A DNA stretch of 64,000 bases from an uncultured Dehalococcoidia bacterium. Lineage in GTDB: Bacteria > Chloroflexota > Dehalococcoidia > Lucifugimonadales > CAZEDC01. A program made the position numbers and the translations under genes. Numbering within the stretch: the first letter of the stretch is position 1; every line of letters begins with the position of its first letter. Below the pieces are notes generated by a model that did not search any database, was not told where the DNA came from, and saw only the letters and a program-made list of their open reading frames with translations. Positions 1 to 9,040 of the stretch are shown here, piece after piece. Where the stretch lies: positions 1,920 to 65,919 of the forward strand of contig CAZEDC010000030.1 in the NCBI GenBank assembly GCA_964510985.1, written 5' to 3'.

Positions 1-2
1 AT

Positions 3-374
3 CCGAGCTTGCAAAAGCTCCACGCCGCCAACTCGACTGGACTGGTGGGTGATGACGGTGTCGCCCAGCGAGGTCATGAGACCGGCTCTACCGACATGGG
101 GGACCTTTCGAACATCATGCCGGTCACCCACCCTTTTGTCGCTGCGGCCTCGGGCAAGGCCCATGGGATGGACTACGTGGTGGAGGACTATGACCTGGCC
201 GTCCTAACCTCTGCAAAAGCGTTGGCCGCGACCGTGATCGACCTGCTGGCAAACGGAGCGGGACAGGCGCACCGGATAGAGGAATCCTATGAAGCGCCTC
301 TGACCAAGCAGGAGTACCTGGCAACCGTCAGGGGATTTGCCCGGGAAGAGACCTTTTCCGCTGACTCGGCGTGA
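3..374 (+). CDS. M20 family amidohydrolase, C-terminal part (runs off left edge)
   Basis: GSTDMGDLSNIMPVTHP and a downstream H motif typical of the C-terminus of M20D/AbgB-like peptidases; frame is open to the window edge. Confidence 0.75.
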   Translation, partial: PSLQKLHAANSTGLVGDDGVAQRGHETGSTDMGDLSNIMPVTHPFVAAASGKAHGMDYVVEDYDLAVLTSAKALAATVIDLLANGAGQAHRIEESYEAPLTKQEYLATVRGFAREETFSADSA

Positions 375-428
375 GGATGTCTGCCCGGTGACCCTTCGTC
401 GTGGACGACGAACACACCCGGCCCCGCG

Positions 429-514
429 TGATATCATGGAGCCGACTGGCGGTTGGGACTTCCCGGAGCAGCCGTATAGTCGTTACACCGAGGTCACGGG
501 TTCCAGTCGGAACC
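429..514 (+). promoter_or_regulatory. Extended -10 (TGaTATCAT) and structured purH leader, candidate cis-regulatory RNA
   Basis: CCGACTGG (442-449) can pair with CCAGTCGG (503-510); competing hairpin GGTTCC/GGAACC (499-514); GACTGGCG...GGAGC resembles the 5' half of a ZTP riboswitch but the 3' CGCCTGGGC is absent. Confidence 0.35.
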
Positions 515-553
515 GATCCGAAAACCCACCCGCGAGGTTAGAGACCACATCCA

Positions 554-2092
554 ATGAAGGCACTTCTCAGCGTATACGACAAGACCGGCATCGCGGAGTT
601 CGCCCGGGCACTGCGGGACAGCGGGTTCGATCTGGTCAGCACGGGCGGCACCTACGGCGCCATCAAAGATGCAGGGCTGCCGGTGCAGCAGGTCTCGGAC
701 CTGACGGGGTCTCCGGAGATCCTGGACGGCCGGGTCAAGACCCTGCACCCGACCGTCCACGGCGGGATTCTGGCCCGGCGGGATATCGACAGCCACGTCG
801 CCCAGCTGGCCGAGCGCGGAATCGACGCCATCGACCTGGTCGCCGTAAACCTCTACCCCTTTGTCGAGACCGTAGGCAGGCCAGGCGTCATCCTGGAGGA
901 AGCCCTGGAGAACATCGACATCGGCGGCCCCACGATGGTCCGGGCGGCGGCCAAGAATTTTCCCCACGTACTGGTGGTTGTGGATCCGGCGGACTACGGT
1001 TGGATCGGTGAACGTCTTTCCAATGGAGGGAATGACTCCCTGGCCACGGTTACGTTGGGGGAACGAAAAAACCTGGCCCGGAAGGCTTTTCAGCACGTTG
1101 CCTACTACGACACGGCCATAACCGGCTACCTGGGCGGCGGCGGTCTGTCCGGCAATGAGGTTACGCTGGGGTTCACAAAGCAGTACGACCTGCGCTACGG
1201 AGAGAACCCTCACCAGCAGGCGGCCGTATACGCGGCGCCACTGGCGACCGAAGGAATAGCCGGGGCGAAGCAACTCCACGGTAAAGAGCTTTCCTTCAAC
1301 AATTTTCTGGACGCCGACGCCGCCTGGCGCGTTGTCTCCGATTTTTCCGAGCCGGCGGCCACTGTGGTCAAACATACCAACCCCTGCGGCCTGGCTGTCC
1401 ATACCGATCAGCCCACAGCCTATCGCCGGGCCTTCGAGGGCGATTCCACCTCGGCCTACGGCGGTATCGTCGGATTCAATCGTCCGTTGACCGCGGCGAC
1501 CGCGGAGGCGATGCGCGGAGTCTTCTACGAGATCGTCGTGGCGCCGCAGTATGAACCCGAGGCCCTGGAGGTCTTGAGAAAGCGCAAGAACCTGCGAGTC
1601 CTCCAGGTCCACGGCGAGGGGGAGCCATCGGCGGCCGCCACAGACGTCCGCCTGATTTCGGGCGGTGCCCTGTTCCAGACGGCCGATGTCATCGACGAGG
1701 AGCCGTCGTCATGGAAAGCGGTAACCGAGCGCAAGCCCACGGAGGCCGAACGGAAGGACCTGGCCTTTGCATGGAAGGCCGCGAAACACATCAAGTCCAA
1801 CGCCATCGTGGTGATTAAGGACAACGCCCTGGTCGGCATGGGTGCGGGGCAGCCGAACCGGGTGAACAGCGTTCACCTGTCGCTCCGTCTGGCGGGGGAC
1901 AAGGCCGAGGGCGGTGTGCTGGCGTCGGACGCCTTCTTCCCGTTCGCCGACAACATCGAACTAGCGGCCAGCGGCGGCGTCACCGCCATCGCCCAGCCCG
2001 GGGGCTCCATCAGGGACGACGAGGTTATCGAGGCGGCTAACAGGTTGAAAATAGCCATGGTGTTCACGGGGACGCGGCACTTCCGGCACTGA
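554..2092 (+). CDS. purH: Bifunctional AICAR transformylase/IMP cyclohydrolase
   Basis: ALLSVYDKTG, GRVKTLHP, IDIGGPTM, LRYGENPHQ, VKHTNPCG, SDAFFPF, TGTRHFRH. Confidence 0.98.
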   Translation: MKALLSVYDKTGIAEFARALRDSGFDLVSTGGTYGAIKDAGLPVQQVSDLTGSPEILDGRVKTLHPTVHGGILARRDIDSHVAQLAERGIDAIDLVAVNLYPFVETVGRPGVILEEALENIDIGGPTMVRAAAKNFPHVLVVVDPADYGWIGERLSNGGNDSLATVTLGERKNLARKAFQHVAYYDTAITGYLGGGGLSGNEVTLGFTKQYDLRYGENPHQQAAVYAAPLATEGIAGAKQLHGKELSFNNFLDADAAWRVVSDFSEPAATVVKHTNPCGLAVHTDQPTAYRRAFEGDSTSAYGGIVGFNRPLTAATAEAMRGVFYEIVVAPQYEPEALEVLRKRKNLRVLQVHGEGEPSAAATDVRLISGGALFQTADVIDEEPSSWKAVTERKPTEAERKDLAFAWKAAKHIKSNAIVVIKDNALVGMGAGQPNRVNSVHLSLRLAGDKAEGGVLASDAFFPFADNIELAASGGVTAIAQPGGSIRDDEVIEAANRLKIAMVFTGTRHFRH

Positions 2093-2178
2093 TGGCGTCA
2101 GCGATCGCGGAGTGGACAACCGGTTCAATTCAGTCGGCAACACCGACCCTGTAAACAGTCACGCGTCGCTCTGGCAGG

Positions 2179-3437
2179 CTACTGATCTTTCCAGGTCTCC
2201 AGAAACTCCAATAGCGCGTCCAGGTCTTCGGTGTTCAGGGTTGTTCCAAAACCCGGCATCAGCTTTCCATCGACGCCGTTCTTTATTATTGGCTCCAGTG
2301 CCTTCGCCCCACTAGCTGTGACTATTTCGCGTAGAGAGGCTTCGGTGACGAATGTCCCATCGCCCTGTTCGCCGTGGCAGGATGAGCAAAATCCCCGGTA
2401 GACGGCTTCCCCTTTGATCGCTCCGGTCTCTCCAGAACCGGCCTCGGAGGGGGGCACCTGATTGGACTTGGGAGGAAGGGTCCGCAGGTAGCGATATATG
2501 CCTTTGAGATCATCGTCGCTGAGGTCCTTGTAGACGAGCCACGGCATGAACATGGGCATGATGACCGTGCCATCGGGCCTGACTCCGGTACGCATGGCCG
2601 TGATGAAATGCTCTTCGCTCCAGGTGCCGATCCCGGTTTCATCGTCGGGGGTGAGGTTCGGCGGCTGAGTCAAGACCCCATCTTCGTCAAAGGCAATGGC
2701 GCCTCCCTGGAACGGGCGGTCCAGATAGAACCGGCCGGACATCAGGTTCAGTGGAGTGTGGCACTCGGCGCAGCTGGAGAGGTGGCTGGAGAGGTATTGC
2801 CCCCACTCCACCGTGGGGCCCCGGTCCGGGGTTGAGATGGACTCGGTGATGGGAGGCTGGGGTTTAATGACCTTGAAGGCCAGCAGGGCCTTGGGTACGA
2901 AACTGACCCGGTTGGCGGGTATCGGGTTGCGCACCGGTGGTACGCTCTTCATATAGGATATTAGGATATAAGGGCCGCGAGGTCCTCATCGCTCATCTTC
3001 CGGTACCACTCAAAAGGCATGAGTTGGAGGACGCGCCCGTCTCGGCTCCGGCCCTCCCGCAGCGCCCTGAGAATCTCACCATCGGACCAGGAGCCCAGGC
3101 CCGTCTCCTGGTCGGACGTCAAGTTGGAGGCGTAGAAAACACCGAAGCCTCCCGGCGGACCTATATCGCTTAGGTCGAACTCGGTGCCGCCTTCAGCGGG
3201 AGCGTCGATGTCCTCTTCCGAGCCGTGGCAGCCCCAGCAGAGGGCGGTGTACTTGAAGATATACTCACCCCGGGCCAGGGTGTCGGGATCGGTGCGGGTC
3301 GTCACCTGTGGCACAGGGCGGTCATAGAGGCGGTCCCAGGTTATCTGGATGTATATAAAAGCACCAACCAGCACCACGACTAACAGTCCGAGAAGTCCCC
3401 CGAGACCGATGAGAAGGCGCTTCAGCCACTTTTTCAT
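2179..3437 (-). pseudogene. Membrane-anchored triheme cytochrome c, frameshifted by an 8-bp duplication
   Basis: N-terminal TM plus CWGCH (3437-2961) and CAECH, CSSCH (2952-2179); repeated NLT(P/S)D.ETG(I/L)G.WS motifs; TAGGATAT occurs twice in tandem at 2954-2969, and removing one copy restores ...LISYMKSV... Confidence 0.85.
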
Positions 3438-3577
3438 TGCTTACTCCCCTGGACGGAGCGCATCCACGATCCGCTCCGAACTAGTAAGCGGAAGGGTAGA
3501 TGGAAGTGTAGATAAGGTCAAGGCCCTCCGGGGACCTCAACCGAGATTTTACGGGCCTAATGTCCAATGAAACGGCA

Positions 3578-4197
3578 CTAGTCGCTCGCCGACTCCCGGT
3601 AGTATGTGGGCAGGTGTATCCGCTTCTCAGGCGGAGGAGTGTATCTGTACCGGATGATTTGGCGAACGAAGACGGCGACCGCGCCCAGGGGCACAGCGAC
3701 AACGCCGAAAACGTCCCGCGAGATGAGGCCGCCGGCCAAGGCAGTGGCGAACATGAATGCTCCTCCAGACCAGCCCACACTCCGAAACAGGCCGAAGTTG
3801 GCGATACCGATAGGAGCGCCGATCAGGACGCCGATGGGCAGCAAGCCGACGGTAATACCAAAGAACGTGATCATCCCAGTCCCGCCGCGGAAGCGCCACA
3901 ATGTCAGGAAGAGGTGCCCCGCCAGGAGAGCCACCATCGCCAGTAGCCTCACCCACGTCGGTATGCCGAGGACCCACAGCGGGACCGTGGCCGCGGTGCC
4001 CCTGACGAGATCCAGCAGCAAGGCCGTGCTTGCATACTTCGGACCCAGTTCCCTGAAGATGTTGGCGGCCCCGGATTCCCACTCCCCCACTTCCGGATGT
4101 TGACTCCGGAGGTCCGGCAAACCAGATCGTCAGTTGGTACGGACCCGAGAAAGGAGGCTCCAACTACCCAAAGCGCATAGAACCAGGTCGTCTCCAT
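3578..4197 (-). pseudogene. plsY: Glycerol-3-phosphate acyltransferase PlsY-like, frameshifted
   Basis: FLGSVP...NIRKWGSGNPG in one frame continues as AANIFRELG...LLDLVRG...GHLF...FRGGTG in another; one G is missing in a G run near 4069-4072. Confidence 0.8.
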
Positions 4198-4580
4198 CCG
4201 TCGTTCCTCCGCACACGGCCCATTACTTTTAAAACCGCAACCAGCAGTGGATCAGTGCCTGTCCGCCCTGCTGAGTTCCTCCCGCACGACCAAACCCTCT
4301 GAACTCTCCGGGCCAGCGCCCCCCCCGGGCCCACAGGTTGCCCCTGAAACCACCTTCCGCTCACCTTGCGGGAGGAAGGTCGTGGACGTAAAGGACGGTA
4401 TAATAACCTCAGCGACCGCCACCGTCCAACCTGAATCGGCACCTCGGGTTGTCCTGGTTGCCGACACGGTTTCCACCCATGTGGGACTATAATGACGAGC
4501 GGTATCCTGCGTGAAACATGCTGGTAACCATGGTCAAATTGAGATAGAGGTGTTTATAAGAAAGAATATTCAAGGAAAGG

Positions 4581-4657
4581 TGGTCGGGGAGACGGGATTC
4601 GAAAGCATAGCCTCTACGTCCCGAACATAGCACGCCACCAAACTACGCCATTTCACA
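4581..4657 (-). pseudogene. Degenerate tRNA-Pro(CGG) remnant
   Basis: Reverse complement has anticodon arm CTATG-TTCGGGA-CGTAG and an intact 3' end TTCGAATCCCGTCTCCCCGACCA; the 5' acceptor strand and 5' T-stem strand no longer pair. Confidence 0.8.
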
Positions 4658-4905
4658 TATTCGTGTTAGAATTTTTCAGCCGCAGGTAGCAACCGATGTA
4701 CGATAGCCCGAGTGTTTTCGGCAGATTAGCCAAGGGGACGGAGAGCCGTACAACCAGGAATTCCGTTCTACCGGGGGTTTGGAGGTATCCTCCCAGTACC
4801 ACTCGAGGGTGGGTGGGCCGGCAAGAGGGTATCTGTAGTTGACGATGTCAACGGAGCCTGATTGTTGTTGATGCCGTCGCGTCCTCACCACAGGTGTCAG
4901 CAGGG

Positions 4906-5682
4906 ATGAGCGATACCGGAGAGAGAAAACACACCTCGCTGGACGTCGTGTTGCCCGTTCTCAACGAAGAGAAGGACCTGCCGCCGAGCGTCGGTAAGCT
5001 GCATGGCTTCCTCTCCGAAAAGTTGGCGGACTATAACTGGCGGATACTCGTCGCCGACAATGGGTCCACGGACTCGACCCCCGATGTCGCAGAAAACCTC
5101 TCTGAGCAGTACGAAGAAGTCGGCTACATACGCCTGGAGCTGCGAGGTAGGGGCCGCGCCCTGGCCCGTGCGTGGCTGGAGAGCGACGCGGACATCGTCT
5201 GCTACATGGATATAGACCTGGCCACCGACCTGGACGGTCTGCCCAAACTGGTGGAGGCGATTCAAGGGCAGGGGTACGACGTGGCAATCGGCTCTCGACT
5301 GGTGCCGGGAGCCCGGGTCATAGCCCGGCCGCTGAAGCGGGAGATTATCTCCCGGATCTACAGCCTTATATTCAGGAGTATGTTTTTTACGGTATTCCGG
5401 GACGCCCAGTGCGGGTTCAAGGCCGTGAGCCGTCGGGCGGCAAACGACCTCGTGCCCCTGGTCCAGGACAAGGGCTGGTTCTTCGACACCGAGCTTCTCA
5501 TCCTGGCGGAGAAGAACGGTTACCGGATCAAAGAGGTGCCGGTGAAGTGGACCGATGACCCGAACAGCCGGGTGCGGATAGCCCGGACAGCCTATGAGGA
5601 CCTGAAAGGGCTGCTGAGGCTTCGCTTCGGTGGGCTCAGAAAGGCGTCCAAGCTCCTGTCCAGCGGGGGGCGGACGGAATGA
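4906..5682 (+). CDS. GT2 glycosyltransferase (polyprenol-phosphate glycosyltransferase-like)
   Basis: VLPVLNEE, DNGSTD, GRGRA, YMDIDL, DAQCGFK, WFFDTELL. Confidence 0.9.
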   Translation: MSDTGERKHTSLDVVLPVLNEEKDLPPSVGKLHGFLSEKLADYNWRILVADNGSTDSTPDVAENLSEQYEEVGYIRLELRGRGRALARAWLESDADIVCYMDIDLATDLDGLPKLVEAIQGQGYDVAIGSRLVPGARVIARPLKREIISRIYSLIFRSMFFTVFRDAQCGFKAVSRRAANDLVPLVQDKGWFFDTELLILAEKNGYRIKEVPVKWTDDPNSRVRIARTAYEDLKGLLRLRFGGLRKASKLLSSGGRTE

Positions 5683-5790
5683 ACGGCCGGGTATTCGGTG
5701 GCCGCTCTGCCCTTGCGGAATGGAGACCTCCGGGGTACCATGTCGATTCCAGAGGGGAGACTCCCGGCCTCCGGCGATACAGGAGTCGAG

Positions 5791-6324
5791 ATGGGCAACG
5801 TCCTACTGGTAATAGACATGTTGGTCGGTTTCCTGGAGCCCGGCCACGACCTCTACTGTGGCGACTACTCGCGTAAGATAATTCCCAATATCAAGCGGCT
5901 GATAGAGGCCGAGCGGGCCATGGGCTCTGAGGTATTCTTCCTCTGCGACGCACACGACCCCGACGACCTGGAGTTCCAGATGTTTCCGGCCCACTGCGTC
6001 AGGGGCACGGAAGAGGCCGAGGTGATCCCGGAGCTGTCCCAGTATGCGGTGGAAAAGATTCAGAAGCGTCGCTACAGCGCCTTCTTTGACACAGACCTAG
6101 AGGCACGGTTGGCAAGACTGAAACCCGACAAGGTAATCGTATGCGGAGTATGCACCGACATCTGCGTGATGCACACGGCGGCTGACGCGAGGAACCGTGA
6201 CTACGAAGTGGAGGTTCCTACGGACTGCGTGGCCACTTTCGATTCGGAGGCCCACCGGTACGCCCTGAAGCACATGGAGGGCATCCTGGGGGCGAGGCTG
6301 GTGAGTACGGCGCGCCCTATTTGA
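5791..6324 (+). CDS. pncA: Nicotinamidase (isochorismatase family)
   Basis: LLVIDM, DAH, PAHC, KRRYSAF, GVCTDICV; RBS AGGAG; directly upstream of pncB. Confidence 0.8.
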   Translation: MGNVLLVIDMLVGFLEPGHDLYCGDYSRKIIPNIKRLIEAERAMGSEVFFLCDAHDPDDLEFQMFPAHCVRGTEEAEVIPELSQYAVEKIQKRRYSAFFDTDLEARLARLKPDKVIVCGVCTDICVMHTAADARNRDYEVEVPTDCVATFDSEAHRYALKHMEGILGARLVSTARPI

Positions 6325-6347
6325 GGGCGAGATTTGGGTGAGAGATC

Positions 6348-7346
6348 ATGGTAAACTCCGAGTTTGAGATACGTCCCTCGACGCTGGTCGGCGACACGGC
6401 CGACGTTTATCTACAGCGGACCCTGACCGTCCTGAGGAACGAGGGAGTGAATCCCACGGCGACCATGGAATTCCGGCCTCAGAGGGACGGGATTTTCTGT
6501 GGGATCAGAGAGGTGCGGGCGCTGCTGTCCAAGGTGCTCCCTGAATCCGGTAGCGAGGTGTGGGCCCTGGATGAAGGCGAGCCTGTGGAAGCCAGAGAGG
6601 TCGCCCTGCGCATAAAGGCGCCTTACGGCTCGTTCGGCCTTTACGAGACGACGATATGTGGGATTTTAGCGTCCTGTGGCGGCTGGGCCATGGCGGCCCG
6701 GGAGTGCGTGGTGGCGGCGAAGGGGATACCCGTGGTCGCTCTGGGAGCCCGACACGTCCATCCCAACGTGGCGGCAAATATCGATTACGCCTCGGTGGTG
6801 GGTGGGTGCGCCTCCTGCTCTACGATCCTGGGCGCCCGGTTGTCGGGAATCACACCGTCCGGTAATATGCCCCACACCCTGCCGCTGCTGCTGGGAGACA
6901 CGGTTAGGGCCGCCCAGGCCTTCGACCGGCATATGCCCCAGGAGGTCCCCCGTGTGGCGCTGGTCGATACCTTCAGGGACGAGGCCGAAGAGGCGCTGGC
7001 CGTAGCCGGTGCGCTCCGGGAGAGGCTCAGAGGGATTCGTCTGGACACGCCGGCTGAACGGGGCGGTGTAACGGCCGATCTTGTAAAAGAGGTCCGGTTG
7101 AGATTGGACCTGGTCGGCTTCCGGCACGTGGAGATATTCGTAAGCGGCGGCTTCACACCGGACCGTATCAGGCGATTCGACGAAGATGGCGCTCCGGTAA
7201 ATGGCTTTGGTGTCGGCAGCTACATATCCAGCGCCCCTCCCAACGACTTCACAGCCGACATTCACGAGATCGACGGCAAACCCATCGCCAAGAGGGGCCG
7301 GACGCCGGGCATTACTCCCAGTCCTCGGCTCGACCGAGTGATGTAA
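6348..7346 (+). CDS. pncB: Nicotinate phosphoribosyltransferase
   Basis: ADVYL, GARHVHP, GNMPH, LVDT, GIRLDTP, IFVSGG, FGVGS, AKRGR. Confidence 0.88.
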   Translation: MVNSEFEIRPSTLVGDTADVYLQRTLTVLRNEGVNPTATMEFRPQRDGIFCGIREVRALLSKVLPESGSEVWALDEGEPVEAREVALRIKAPYGSFGLYETTICGILASCGGWAMAARECVVAAKGIPVVALGARHVHPNVAANIDYASVVGGCASCSTILGARLSGITPSGNMPHTLPLLLGDTVRAAQAFDRHMPQEVPRVALVDTFRDEAEEALAVAGALRERLRGIRLDTPAERGGVTADLVKEVRLRLDLVGFRHVEIFVSGGFTPDRIRRFDEDGAPVNGFGVGSYISSAPPNDFTADIHEIDGKPIAKRGRTPGITPSPRLDRVM

Positions 7347-7473
7347 TTTTCTGACACCGGTCCGGCAGTTCGGATGCTGTTGCGTTCGGCGGGCCGTTAT
7401 ATTCCGTTTTTACAAATTCTCGGCGATCCGCATAATAACCTGGAACGTCGGTTCCAGGAAACGGAAAGCTGTC

Positions 7474-9003
7474 ATGCTCTACCGGCTGGTTATAGCAGTA
7501 ATACGCCTGGCCCTGGTACCCGCGGACCTGCTCCTGGCCTTCGTCGGGCCAAGATACCGTCTGTACTTCTGGGTCCTGAGAGTCACTCCCCCGTCCGCGG
7601 TTGCCTGGCTGGGCAGAATACGGGCCATCCGCGCCTGCGACAACGCGGAGAGGAAGGTCCCGGGGTACCGGGAGTTCCTGAGGGCCCACGGGACCTCTCC
7701 TGCCGAGATTCTCGGCCTGGGCCTGCCCCCCACCGACAAAGGTAACTACGTCGACGTTTACGGCATCGAGGAGAGGTGTCTCAACGGGGTACTCCCCCAC
7801 CGCGATACAGCCATAGACGAGTCGTCAGGCAGCACCGGGACCCCTTACAATTGGATCAGGTCGCTGAACGAGCGGAACTCCAGCCATATATTTATCAGCC
7901 ACTTTGCGCGGTACTGCTTCGGAGAAGAGCCCTGGATCACCATAAACGCATTCTCCATGGGCGCCTGGGCCACCGGCATCAACATGGGAGTCGCATTACA
8001 GCGCAACAGTATCGTCAAGAGCACTGGCCCGGACCTGGAGAAGATATTCAGCACACTCCAGCTTTTCGGCCCCGAGATCCGTTACCTGGTCTGCGGATAC
8101 CCGCCCTTCTTGAAGCATATGATAGACGTGGCACTGGAGCGGCGGTTCCCGTTGGGAACTTACCGCCTGATGGCGCTGCTGGGCGGCGAGGGCAACTCGG
8201 AAGGCCTCAGGGACTACCTTTACAGCCACTTCCAGCCCGTCTACAGCGGATACGGAGCGACCGACGTCGAAATAGGACTGGCCGGCGAGACGCCCATCAG
8301 CCTGGCGTTTCGACGCGAAGCTCGGACCAACCCGGACCTCCGCCGAGCCCTGTTCGGCAGCGATCCACGCCTGCCCATGGTATTCCAGTACAGTCCGTTG
8401 ACGCACCACGTCCAGGTCAACGAGATTGGCGAGCTGATATTTACGATTACACGCCTGAACGTGTTATCCCCGCGTATCATGTACAACATCCACGATGAAG
8501 GCGGAGTCGCAACCTATGCCGAGCTTGGGGCGAAATTTAGCAACGCAGGCCTGAAGCTGGACGGCTTGTCGACGGATGGGGACGCCAGGCCGTTGAGGCT
8601 CCCCTTTTTCTGGGTGTACGGCCGGAAGGACTCAACGGTCAGCGTTATGGGCGCCAACATCTATCCCGAAGATATCGAGCAGTCCCTCTACAACGAGCCG
8701 GAGTTGGCGCGGGTGACGAACTCGTTTTGCCTGAGCCTCCAGGAGGGCGATGGCGGTTCGGTCCGCCCGCTGCTATCCTTCGAGATATCGGGGCATATCA
8801 CGGAAGACCTCCAGTCCGAGTTCGAGGAGCGAATCCCCCAGCGGCTTCTGGCCCTCAACGCCGACTACCGGGAGGCGTCGCGGGAGTACCGAGAGGCCGT
8901 TGCCCCGGTGGTCCGGTTGCACCCGCTGGGCGACGGGCCTTTTGCCGGCGACAGGGCTAAGATCAAGCAGGCGAGGATTTTCCAGCCGGAGAGCGAGAAC
9001 TGA
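7474..9003 (+). CDS. Phenylacetate-CoA ligase-like adenylate-forming enzyme
   Basis: ESSGSTGTP, GYPPFLK, YGATD, YNIHDEG, GRKD, GANIYPEDIE. Confidence 0.8.
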   Translation: MLYRLVIAVIRLALVPADLLLAFVGPRYRLYFWVLRVTPPSAVAWLGRIRAIRACDNAERKVPGYREFLRAHGTSPAEILGLGLPPTDKGNYVDVYGIEERCLNGVLPHRDTAIDESSGSTGTPYNWIRSLNERNSSHIFISHFARYCFGEEPWITINAFSMGAWATGINMGVALQRNSIVKSTGPDLEKIFSTLQLFGPEIRYLVCGYPPFLKHMIDVALERRFPLGTYRLMALLGGEGNSEGLRDYLYSHFQPVYSGYGATDVEIGLAGETPISLAFRREARTNPDLRRALFGSDPRLPMVFQYSPLTHHVQVNEIGELIFTITRLNVLSPRIMYNIHDEGGVATYAELGAKFSNAGLKLDGLSTDGDARPLRLPFFWVYGRKDSTVSVMGANIYPEDIEQSLYNEPELARVTNSFCLSLQEGDGGSVRPLLSFEISGHITEDLQSEFEERIPQRLLALNADYREASREYREAVAPVVRLHPLGDGPFAGDRAKIKQARIFQPESEN

Positions 9004-9040
9004 CCGCTCTCCGGTCTGGAGTCCGGGTACAGGGGATCAT

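Noticed and set aside
441-514. Canonical ZTP riboswitch or tRNA fragment upstream of purH
   Set aside because: No CGCCTGGGC pseudoknot strand or P1 pairing; GAGGTCACGGGTTC resembles a T-arm start but there is no cloverleaf. Kept only as a candidate leader.
4164-4891. Short ORFs at 4252-4476 and 4676-4891
   Set aside because: No recognisable motifs; they lie in a degraded region and cannot be supported as genes
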